Assembly (NCBI GenBank): GCA_965240325.2
Contig: OZ251222.1
Coordinates: 1,364,001 to 1,428,000, forward strand
Length of the DNA stretch: 64,000 nucleotides
From: Rebecca billardiae RCC1528
Lineage: Eukaryota; Protista; Haptophyta
Direction: 5' to 3'
Under the pieces are notes generated by a model. That model saw nothing but the letters and a program-made list of their open reading frames with translations. It made no database searches and was not told where the DNA came from. The translations under genes were made by a program, and so were the position numbers. Numbering within the stretch: the stretch's first letter is position 1; each line of letters begins with the position of its first letter. Positions 52,541 to 62,719 of the stretch are shown piece after piece.

Positions 52541-53626
52541 ATGCTCAACAGGCTGCTCTCGCGCTGTGTCGGCAGCCGGGAGTGGGCGCGCCGGCTTGCG
52601 ATACCGTGCGCCGCGGCGGGTATCGGCGCCATCGCGTGGGCTGCCTCGCCCGCAGCCCTCGCCGACGGCCCACCAGCCGGCGCGGGCGGCCGCTTGTTCA
52701 TGAGCGGGGGTGACAAGAGCGGACCGGCGCTCGTGTCGCCCGAGCGCGCGCGAGAGCTCATCTACGCCCACGTGAGCGAGCGAGCGGCGCACGTGCTCGC
52801 CGACCCGCCCACCGCGCTCCGACGCTTCGGCGACACGTGGCGGAGGCACGTGAGCGACGAGCTGTGCACGGAGCTCAAGCAGCGGCGTGCCGCCCTGCAG
52901 GCGGCACTCGATGCGTTCTCCAAGACGAGCGGCGACGACCTCCGCGACGGCGAGGTGGAGACGCTGTGGCGCGCAATCGCCGAGGCGGAGGGTACGATCC
53001 GCGTCATCCGCGCGCATGCCGCTGAGCATGCCGCGCGCATCAGCTGGCTGACGCTGATGCGCGACAAGGCGCTCGTGCCTCTACTCGACGGCGCGGGCAG
53101 CGCGCGGCGCGTGGCGGCGAGCGAGCTGCAGGGGAAGATCGTCGCCCTGTACTTCACCGCGGGCTGGTGCGGCCCCTGCCACGGCTTCACGCCCAGGCTC
53201 GCCCAGGCCTTTCAGCAGTTCCGAAGCGCCGAGGGCGCGCACAAGCAGTTCGAGGTCGTGCAGGTCAGCTGGGACCACGACGAGGCGGGCTTCGGCCGGT
53301 ACGTGCGGCAAGCGCGCCCGCCGTGGCTCGCGCTGCCGTTCGCCGAGCGCGAGCTCGCGCGCGAGCTCTCGCTCCGCTACAACGTCGCGCAGATCCCCGC
53401 TCTCGTCGTGCTCGAGGTCGACGGCGATCAGGCGCGTGTGCTCACAGACTCGGGCCGGCAGGACGTCGAGCTATACCTCGAGGCGCGGCACAGCGCGGGG
53501 CTCAAGCGGGGCGAGCAGCTGGACACGGGCGAGGTGGCCGGCTGGATCCGGCGAGTCACCCTGCCCGAGCCGGCGGCGAAGCCCTCGCGCTGGTGGTGGT
53601 CGCGCAGTGATGACTCCGCCAAGTGA
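52541..53626 (+). CDS. Nucleoredoxin/tryparedoxin-like thioredoxin with an N-terminal targeting extension
   Basis: LQGKIVALYFTAGWCGPCHGFTPRL, FEVVQVSWD, WLALPF, IPALVVL. Confidence 0.88.
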   Translation: MLNRLLSRCVGSREWARRLAIPCAAAGIGAIAWAASPAALADGPPAGAGGRLFMSGGDKSGPALVSPERARELIYAHVSERAAHVLADPPTALRRFGDTWRRHVSDELCTELKQRRAALQAALDAFSKTSGDDLRDGEVETLWRAIAEAEGTIRVIRAHAAEHAARISWLTLMRDKALVPLLDGAGSARRVAASELQGKIVALYFTAGWCGPCHGFTPRLAQAFQQFRSAEGAHKQFEVVQVSWDHDEAGFGRYVRQARPPWLALPFAERELARELSLRYNVAQIPALVVLEVDGDQARVLTDSGRQDVELYLEARHSAGLKRGEQLDTGEVAGWIRRVTLPEPAAKPSRWWWSRSDDSAK

Positions 53627-53781
53627 CGTGGCACCGCGCTGACTGATGGCCCGGAATTCGGGAATAATGACTTGCCCTCCACGCTCTCGGCGACCGCGAG
53701 CCGTGCGACTGCGGACCGGGACAGCGGAGGCGGAGCTGGGCCGAGTCGCCCTCAGCATACGAGTCGTAAATCACGTCATAT

Positions 53782-55546
53782 GACCGCGTTCCGCGGTCCT
53801 TTTCTGCCGATAGAATCAACGCAGTTGGGGGCCCGCGGTGGCCGTGCAATCGCGGCTCTCCGCCGTAGTGGCAGTTCGCCAGTTGAAGTCGGTTCTGAGA
53901 TGACTGTTAAAGCTATATTAGTCCGACCGTCGCCCTGCCTGCGCGACCGCGAGACTCATTCACACTTCACACAATCACAGCAGCGGACCTGAGACCGCAC
54001 CCGGCACCGGTCGTCAAATCGGACGTCCGTCTGACAACTAGCTGCCAAATGTCCAACTGGCTGATCAGCTCGGATCCGACCCGTCCGCGATCGTGCCATC
54101 GGCATCGGAATTACTACTACTGTAGTAGCTGCCATACTGTGTCCAACTCTGGCTGATCAGCTCGGATCCGACCCGTCCGCGATCGTGCCGAGTGAGTCGT
54201 GCCGCGGAGCTCGGAGTACTGAAGGAGTCGGGTGTGACAGCAGGGTGCTTTAGCGCTGCGGCCCGTGCCAGCCAACGACCAGACGTACTCTGGCCACTTG
54301 ACCCGTTGCACGGGTGAGTGACCGTACGCCCTGCCTAGTGGCTAGTGCCTACCGCGCGCGCCGCGCGACCGGCGACTCGGGGTGATGGAGAGCGGATGGC
54401 GACAGCAGCAGCAGTCCTCATGAAGACGATGAAACTGGCGGCACGGGTGCACGAGGTGGCAGGCGAAAGCGCGCCGACGAGACCGCATTTGACACACCTG
54501 AGCCGCACGCGCGTGCCGTCGCCGAGCGGCGAGCGCTGCAAACGCGCAACCGACTGTAATCAACCGTACCGCGCGCGCCACGACGGCGCGGCACTAGCTG
54601 ATGCAGGCCGTACTGCCGGCACTGCTTCTGCGATCATGCGCCACGGTCGCAGCTGACTGCGTGAGCAGCAAGCGGGAGGCGGGTCCGGAGGCACGTGCAG
54701 GCGCCGTCCCGCATATCCGCCATCGCCCATCGTGCCGGGGCACGTCACCTAGAGGGGTCAGAGCCCCACTGGGGGTCGCGTGGCCCAAAATCCAACTTCC
54801 TGTCGTCTTGAGATGAGGCTCTCAAACTTCGGGATGTCAATATTCGCCTGAAATGAGCTGGGCCTGGGGTCACGCTGACAAGTTTTGCGAAAAAATATCA
54901 CATACTGGAGATATACGACCTCAATCTCGACGCAATCTCGGTAACATTAGTAGGGGAGATACACGATCTCCAAGGTGATCTCGCTATTTGCACCAGAATC
55001 GCACCGTCTAGATCACATTTTGGCAGTCTGAAATTGGCACAGGCGGATTCTACACCCTGGAATTAAGCCTTAACGCCTACTAACTAGTTCGTCCAAGTAA
55101 ATACCCGTGTGATAGTTCATGCTAAGAGATTTCGGGACGAGATTGTGGCACCCGAGAGTGTAACGGTCGGAGCTCTGACCCCACTAAGTCGTCACGTCAC
55201 CTCCGACGATCCGGATGTGGCCCAGTCCGGACGTCACGCGATCCGGGAAGACGAGTACGATTCGCTCGTAACGAACCGTTACACTAATGTCACGTCCAGC
55301 TGACGTCCAGATCGCACTTTACTTAAGGGAATCAGCTGGGCGCGGTTTTTTTTGGCCTGATAGACCTCTCAATGCGATCTCAAAAACTCGAAACTCGGTC
55401 TCCGCCAGCCCTAAAAATCGCCCCCCGTCCCTTTTTTCCGCCGCCCCCCGTCCCTTTTTTCTTGATCTCAAAGATCTTTTTGAAACGTGGTTCGGGCCCG
55501 CTGGTGCGGGCTCCACGCTGCGCGCTCCGCCCTGGCACCGCGGGCC
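53782..55546. mobile_element. Family A copy 2, with an internal ~50-bp duplication and a nested MITE
   Basis: Colinear with 638-1830. Confidence 0.85.
54750..55186. mobile_element. hAT-like MITE (437 bp) nested in family A copy 2
   Basis: TIR TAGAGGGGTCAGAGC / GCTCTGACCCCACTA; CACGTCAC(C) duplicated on both sides; empty site at ~1472-1481. Confidence 0.85.
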
Positions 55547-55711
55547 ATGAATAACCCGGTTCATCAGCGCAGTAAATTATTCATCCGCCGCCAGCATCAG
55601 CATTATTAATTGGCCGCCATCTGAAGTCCTAGTCTGAGTCTGAGTCGGGGCAGCACGCGGTGGGGATATGACGGCATTCGAGCAGATGCCGCATCATCCG
55701 CGAGCGTGGCC

Positions 55712-57355
55712 CTAGCACGCGGCGTAGGCGTAGGCCCCGGCACTGTTGCCGATAGGCGACGATTCGTGCGGCGCTGAGTCGTGGTTGGCAGCAGTGCCGC
55801 CGGCAGCGCTGCGGCTGGTTGGCGGTTGGACCGAGCTCAGCGCCATGTGCCGCGCAAGGAAGCGCAGCGTCAAGCTGCGCAACCGCGCACACGCCTCGTG
55901 CGGTGTCGCCTCGCGCGTAAACTTCAGCCCCGTGGCCAGCCAGACTGGCAGGAGTGCAGGGATGTCGCTCAGCCCGACGTGCCCCACGCCGCGGATGCCG
56001 ACAAAGACCGAGCCGGGCGCGAAGCCTTCGCCCGCGAGGAGGTGCTCGCGCACGCGCCTCGGGTGGCCTATTCCGGCATCGAGCCATTCCTCCGAGTAGA
56101 GCGCGAGCGTCGGCACCTCGCTGAGCGTGCGCACGGCGCGCTCGCGCGTCGCGTGCGTCGGGCTGACCGGCGTGAAGTGCGCGTCCGTCTCCGCGCCCAC
56201 GAGGGCGTGGCGCACCGCCTCGTCCGGAGTCCAGTCCAGCGCGGTGTCGAGCAGGATGCAGGCACGCGGGACGTGGCGCGCGCGGCACGCTGCCGCGGCC
56301 GCCGTCGCCGCCCCCATCGAGTGGCCCATCACGCCGATGCGCTCCCTGTCGATGCGCCTGCTGAGCAGCGCCCGCACCGAGTTGGCATCCGACGGCCGGC
56401 CGCGCGGCGAGGAGCGGATCTGGCCGGGCGCCGCGTCGGGCGCGTCGGAGAGCGCGCGCAGTAGATCGAGCGCCGCGCACGCCTCGACGGCACGGTGCTC
56501 CACCTGCTCACGCCGCGACCACACGTACGCCTGCGGGTTGGTGGCCTCGAGCTGCTTCTGCGCGCTCGAGTGCAGCGTGCAGCCGCCGGACGGGTATCGC
56601 GCGATCGCCGCAGAGCCGTCGTCGTGCTCGAGGGCGAGCACGACGACGCCGTGCGAGGCGTACTCGCTGAGCAGCCCGGTGTACTGCTCGCGGCCCGCGG
56701 TGAGCCCGTGGGAGAAGACGAGCGCGGGCGCGCCGCGCGCGCCGCGCGCGACCGCGAGCGGGCGGGGCCGCACTGGCGCGCCCGGCGGCGACGGGAGCGG
56801 CGGCAGGCACGCGCACGAGAGGAGGCGCATGTGCTGGAACATGACCGAGCGGAACGGGCGGCGGTTGAGGGGCGGCGGCGCGCCGACGGCCATCATCGCC
56901 GAGCACGTGCGCCACGGCTGCAGCAGCGGCGCGAAGTACGCCGAGCCGCGCCGGCCGACCGTGCCGCCCGGCGTAGGGTAGTAGATTCGCATGTTGACGG
57001 GCATGCCCGTGGGCGACTCGACGAGCACGTCGACGTAGGCCACTGCGCTCGGTCCGGTGGGCGGCGGGATGCCCATCGGCTGCGGAAACACGCTGGAGAA
57101 CGCCGCGCCGAGCAGCAGCGCGCACCACGGCAACACCACGCCGCCAACGCCAGATGCCTTGGCAATGGCGGCGACGACGACTGGAGTGAACGGCCAGCGC
57201 AGGCCGCGCTCGACGCCGAGCTTCACGAGAAGCATCGCCGCGGATGCGGCGCCCAGACGCGCATTTGACGTGGCAAAATGCGCCCCGAGGAGCGCCGCAA
57301 GGCCGAGCTCCGCTCGCAGCGTCGCGAACGAGCTCTGCGCGCTCACGCCGTGCAT
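55712..57355 (-). CDS. PAF-acetylhydrolase-like alpha/beta hydrolase
   Basis: RIYYP, VFSHGL, EYASHGVVVLALEHDDGSA, GHSMGAAT nucleophile elbow, H...SD. Confidence 0.88.
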   Translation of the reverse strand: MHGVSAQSSFATLRAELGLAALLGAHFATSNARLGAASAAMLLVKLGVERGLRWPFTPVVVAAIAKASGVGGVVLPWCALLLGAAFSSVFPQPMGIPPPTGPSAVAYVDVLVESPTGMPVNMRIYYPTPGGTVGRRGSAYFAPLLQPWRTCSAMMAVGAPPPLNRRPFRSVMFQHMRLLSCACLPPLPSPPGAPVRPRPLAVARGARGAPALVFSHGLTAGREQYTGLLSEYASHGVVVLALEHDDGSAAIARYPSGGCTLHSSAQKQLEATNPQAYVWSRREQVEHRAVEACAALDLLRALSDAPDAAPGQIRSSPRGRPSDANSVRALLSRRIDRERIGVMGHSMGAATAAAAACRARHVPRACILLDTALDWTPDEAVRHALVGAETDAHFTPVSPTHATRERAVRTLSEVPTLALYSEEWLDAGIGHPRRVREHLLAGEGFAPGSVFVGIRGVGHVGLSDIPALLPVWLATGLKFTREATPHEACARLRSLTLRFLARHMALSSVQPPTSRSAAGGTAANHDSAPHESSPIGNSAGAYAYAAC

Positions 57356-60300
57356 CTATCTCCGCCGCCGCGCGCAAGCTTTGCGCGTTGCACTCCGCTG
57401 CGGCAGCCGAAAGTTGAAAGTCCACGGCCGCCCGGCAGCGCTCCCGGACGATCAAAGGAAGAGCCCGGATCTTGTCGTCGACCGACCATCGTGACGACAT
57501 CATGGCTGTGACGGCCCGACTGCGGGCTGTTCTTGCAGCAAGACGGTCTCTTTCTCTCAGCTAGACTAGCTGAGTCCTGACGACAGACGGTCCCATACGG
57601 TCAGTCAGTCTCAAGTCAGTCAGAACACAGAGTCAGAGTCTGCAGTCGGTTCGGACTTCGGGCGCGGGGCCGGGTTACGCCTAGTACTCGGCGAACTCTG
57701 TGGCTCCTCAGTCTCTTCGTCGAAGTGAGTAGTTAGTGACTGATCACGGAGTGAGACAAATTTTACAGCGGGCCCAAGGTCCGCCCCTTGTAGTGCCCGG
57801 GGGAAAAAAGAAAAGAAAAGAAGAAAGAAAATCGCCTCGACAAGAAAAGAAAATCGCCTCGCTCACTACCGGGCGCCCTCGCAGCTCCCACTGGGGACGC
57901 TCGGCCGAAAAAGAGTTACGTCATGGCGCGGAGCGCGTGGGCGGCGCGCGCCAAATCCAACGCCGGCGCGGACATCGCGCAAGAATTTCCGAGACATGTT
58001 TTCGCCCGATTCGCGTTTGCTGCCCTCGTCGTCTCGCGTGCAGGTCGAACGGGGGCTAAATCGACCCGTTTGGAGCGGTACGCTCGGCGCGTCGACACGA
58101 TCGTGCGACCTGGGGCGATCCTCGCCCGACGTGAACGTCGAACGCTCGCACCGGCCATAACATCAGGCGCTGCGTACGATGGCCGCCTCGCGCGATCCAC
58201 CGCCGCGCGTCGGGCTCGGTGCGGAAACGCCCTCATCACGAGGTGTCGCGCGGGCGGGAAGCGCCATCGCACGCGACGCAAGATTTGGCGCGGCCTTCTG
58301 AACTCGATCGCCGGAATCCGCGCACCGGACTGAGACCCCTTCAGGGAAATCGTGCTCGGCTGGGGTCGCGGCTGCGCTGGCGGCTGAGGTCGGACCTCAG
58401 CCGAGCCGAGGCCGGCTGAGGTCGATCTCCACATACGGGGAAAGCGCGAGATAGTAGGCGCCGCGCGCGCCGAGGCGCCTTGCGCCTCCTCGCACGTCGC
58501 ACCGACGCGTGGCACGCGACTCACGCGGCTGCGCATCGGCGCTGAGGTGCAATGGTCCATCCGCGCCGATCGCGCGCGTGCGCACGCCCTTCCTCGCCGC
58601 TGCGGCAGGCGCACGCGCTTCGCGAGCCGCTATGCGTGCGCTGGGAGGCAAAAGCGCTCGCGCGCGGCGAGGCACGTTGAACGCCCCAGACGCAGCGATG
58701 CGTCGTATGGCGTAGCACATGTCACACACGTGCCCTCAGCTTCGCGTGGCGCCGCGCGTGTGCACGGTCTCGGCGGTGCGCGTCGCGCGCTTTGCGCAGC
58801 CGCCAGCACACAGCCAGCTGACCCACGTGCGCGCGGCGTCGTCGAGTGGGCTGTGCACTGCGCGCACGAGGCGTGGCGCTGCGTGCGTGGCTCGTGGATG
58901 GCATTATGCCCGCGCTCTGCGCCCCGCCTGGCGCTTGGCCAGCGCTGTGTACCTCCGCGGCCAAGCTGTTCCGCGGCGTGGCAGACGGTGCGATTGCAGG
59001 GCGCGGCCGGTTCCACCCGCCGGCTCGCCGGCCATGCGCACCGGGACATGCGGTGCCATGTCGGCCTCGCGAGCGCGCGCGGGTGCCACGCAGTGATGCG
59101 ACTGCCCCTCGGCGGCCGCAGGGCGGTCGCGGCCGCAGCCTGGCTCATCTCGTCCCCCGCTGCTGATCTGATTGACAAGCTGGTTGCGGCCTACGGTGTT
59201 GTTCGGACACAGCAGCCGAAGTGCACAGGTCGGGTATTGTCATCAGGTGCAGCGCAACTCGAGAACAACTTGGCATGTCTCTGAGATGGAGGCGTTGCCA
59301 TTTGCCGGGCAGGTTGCGCACATGTCAAGTCTGGCGGCTGGATTCGTCGCATTGTGACTCGATGGCTGCCAAAACCGTGCAGCATGCCTGTGGCTGTGTC
59401 GCATTCACGGCCCAGTCCACTGAGAGCCGCTGAGCAGATGAGAGATGCCAGCTAGCAACAGGCGACGATATGTTGCTGCGACAGCCTATTGATCATCAGC
59501 AGCGCCAGCGCAAGTCCACCCGCTTGCTACCGACAACCAAATGGCGTGGGCTGGCGAGTCTCGGTCACTCGTCCGAGAGGCGAGCTAGAACCAGCAGATG
59601 GCCGCGGCAGATTCACAGTGCGCCAAGCTGCTGTCGTGCTCATCTGCCTGCTGCATGAGCTGACCGCCATGCGCGATCCCAGGGCGCCAGGCTGCGGCCG
59701 CGACCGCCCTGCGGCCGCCGAGGGGCAGTCGCATCACTGCGTGGCACCCGCGCGCGCTCGCGAGGCCGACATGGCACCGCATGTCCCGGTGCGCATGGCC
59801 GGCGAGCCGGCGGGTGGAACCGGCCGCGCCCTGCAATCGCACCGTCTGCCACGCCGCGGAACAGCTTGGCCGCGGAGGTACACAGCGCTGGCCAAGCGCC
59901 AGGCGGGGCGCAGAGCGCGGGCATAATGCCATCCATAGCCACGCACGCAGCGCCACGCCTCGTGCGCGCAGTGCACAGCCCACTCGACGACGCCGCGCGC
60001 ACGTGGGTCAGCTGGCTGTGTGCTGGCGGCTGCGCAAAGCGCGCGACGCGCACCGCCGAGACCGTGCACACGCGCGGCGCCACGCGAAGCTGAGGGCACG
60101 TGTGTGACATGTGCTACGCCATACGACGCATCGCTGCGTCTGGGGCGTTCAACGTGCCTCGCCGCGCGCGAGCGCTTTTGCCTCCCAGCGCACGCATAGC
60201 GGCTCACGAAGCGCGTGCGCCTGCCGCAGCGGCGAGGAAGGGCGTGCGCACGCGCGCGATCGGCGCGGATGGACCATTGCACCTCAGCGCCGATGCGCAG

Positions 60301-60432
60301 CCGCGTGAGTCGCGTGCCACGCGTCGGTGCGACGTGCGAGGAGGCGCAAGGCGCCTCGGCGCGCGCGGCGCCTACTATCTCGCGCTTTCCCCGTATGTGG
60401 AGATCGACCTCAGCCGGCCTCGGCTCGGCTGA

Positions 60433-61480
60433 AGCCCGTTCTAGACAGCTTTCGGACACGCACGGCTTTTTTTTCCTTCGGACAATTTCATGGGAAGACC
60501 TACAACAATTCCGAAGACAAAAAAACGACGAAACCCGTCGGAGGAAAAAGAAAGTCAACGGTTGTTTCGGGCCGAAACAACCGTTGACTTTCTTTTTCCT
60601 GGTCCGGGGGAATCGTAGCTCAATAAGAAGGAGATCGCGCTGAGGAATCTGGCCTCCTTCAAGAGAGCCGTCCCCAGATGCGCGGCAGAGGGTGTCTCGG
60701 GCCGCGGGGCATGACGACGCCAAACCACGTGCCCGCACGTGCGCGCAAACGCGCGGTGATCGTTGGCGACAGGAGTGGCGTGCTCCATGGCGCGCACGAC
60801 TATGATCGGTCGCACGGCCTTGTGCCCCGCGACACTGAGGTCATCGCTCTCTGTCGTGCAGCGTGCGGCGTAGACTTAAGTTGCCGGCGCCGTGCCGCCT
60901 TGCGACTTGAGCTTGACGTGGCATGTGCAGTTGTTCCTGGGGCCTCGAATGACGGCTGGGGCGTCTTGCGTCTCCCGACAGAGAGCTGTCCCTTCCTGGC
61001 TTGATCAGCCCTCGACAACAGCCCACAGGACGCACAGATTTGAACAGCGGCGCCCGACAACGCCCGGCTTGTGCGCGGCGGACAGCTCGTCACATTCGAA
61101 TGAGTGGGAACGCACTAGACGCAGAGCGAGAGGCGACGAATCTCCCGCGGCTGACTCGACCGACTCCGAGCGCTCCCCGGACCACATGTGACGGGGCGCA
61201 CGAGCCAAGCAGCCGGCACAGGACGCTGCCGAGCTGGCCAACTCTCCTTGCAACCCTCTCCGCGCCTTTCGCGGCTTTCGCCGCCAATCTTTCCCGCATT
61301 TGGGACTTTTCTTGCAATCTCCTCTATATCTTTCCGTATCTCGTTTCTCCACGGAGCGGCTGCAAAAGGCTGTCTGGAACGCATTTTTTTCTTCCGGCGT
61401 ACCTTCTATGTACGAATAGAACAATTGCCCGGGGAAAAGTACCCGGGAAACTCAGCTGCAAAAGCTGTCTGGAACGGGCT
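60433..61480. mobile_element. PIF/Harbinger-like non-autonomous element (1048 bp)
   Basis: TIR AGCCCGTTCTAGACAGCTTT / AAAGCTGTCTGGAACGGGCT; TGA TSD; the opposite arm has a single TCA (empty site). Confidence 0.85.
60542..60600. repeat. Perfect palindrome with 29-bp arms and a 1-nt centre
   Basis: AGGAAAAAGAAAGTCAACGGTTGTTTCGG-G-CCGAAACAACCGTTGACTTTCTTTTTCCT. Confidence 0.95.
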
Positions 61481-62719
61481 TGAGGTCCGACCTCAAGGCC
61501 GCCAGCGCAGCCGCGACCCCAGCCGAGCACGATTTCCCTGAAGGGGTCTCGGACTGTCGAGTCACTCGAGTGTCGATCGCGGTCCCTCAGCCGAAGCCCA
61601 CGTCCGGCGTGCATGGCGTCCACGGTGACCAATGCGACGGAAGCGCAGCGCCAACGGCGTACGACGCGCAGCGGACGCACCTCCCGGGTCTGACGCCGTG
61701 GCAGCAACCGCGTCTTCGCGAGTTGGCGACCCTCGTCGCAGCGCGACACAGACAAGCCCGTGATGCCATCCGCAGAGAGATGAAACGTCGAGCATGCAAC
61801 ATCGCCGCGACATCCTCGTCCATGGCGCAGGCGCTGCGGGACGAGGCGGACGTCGTCACGCCGGTGACGGATGCGCTGCGATTCGTGTGCCCGCGTGAGC
61901 AGCTCGTGCCCACTCTCGATCGCGAGGCACACGCTGTCGCTGTGCGCGCGCGCGCGCACAACCAACAGCTCCTCGTGCCGCCGAACACGCGGGCGCCAGA
62001 CCTGTCGAAGATGCGAAGAGCGACGACCGCGACGACCGCGTGAACGTCAACGCGCTCGTGCTCAGCGTGACGGCCGTGTGCGATGTCAACGCGACCTGCG
62101 CCGATCCCATCATGCCCGGAGCGGACATCGGCAAGCATCCTCGCGACGAACGCTCGGCTGGCGGCAGGAGGACATGCACATGATCTGCTCTGGCGGCTTC
62201 GTCGGCGGCGAGGCGCTCGAATACGCCATCGCGGTCGAGATGCGGCACATACAGCGCGTACCCGCGCTTGCGCGGAGCAACGGGCTACCCGCCCCGCCCC
62301 GCGTGCTGCATTCCTTCGTGGGTGTGGGCCTCGCTGATCAGCGCACGCCGGACGTGTACGTGTACTCGTGGGAGAACTTCAGGTGTCACTGGTCCGACTG
62401 TCCGTCACCCACGGCCACGAGCGAATGTGAAAAGGCGCGAACCCGCAGAGGAAACATTTCGACAGCACTGGCACGGCCCGCCGACTCCCGGCCGCCCGCC
62501 AGGGTGCCAGTACAGTTTTTTTTATTTCGTCAGCATATAGTTATATCATAGAATATAATATTTAATCGTCTAATATATTAAATATATACATATGATAATA
62601 TTTATCCCCTTGAGTGTCACGCTGGCTACTGCAGCAAGTACTCTGCGGTCTGCCTTTTAGTTTTACTGTCACTGACGGGACAATACCGTGGGGCGACTCG
62701 GATCGCGAGGTGAGTCTCA

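Larger units (their letters stand above)
58332..61550. mobile_element. Large foldback element with ~810-bp TIRs and a 5-bp TSD
   Basis: Arms 58332-59144 and 59686-61550 (the latter interrupted); GAGACCCC...GGGGTCTC termini; GGACT on both flanks. Confidence 0.85.
57923..62043 (+). pseudogene. ORF interrupted by the large foldback element (57923-58331 plus 61556-62043)
   Basis: Removing 58332-61555 rejoins ...IRAPD to CRVTRVSI... in frame; product unknown. Confidence 0.35.

Noticed and set aside
50491-52761. 756-aa minus-strand ORF
   Set aside because: A composite of one true exon, introns and off-frame sequence of the ADH-like gene.
62465-62530. Helitron 3' end (ACTGGCAC...GTGCCAGT stem before a T-run)
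   Set aside because: No CTRR terminus or matching 5' TC end was identified, and there is only one occurrence.
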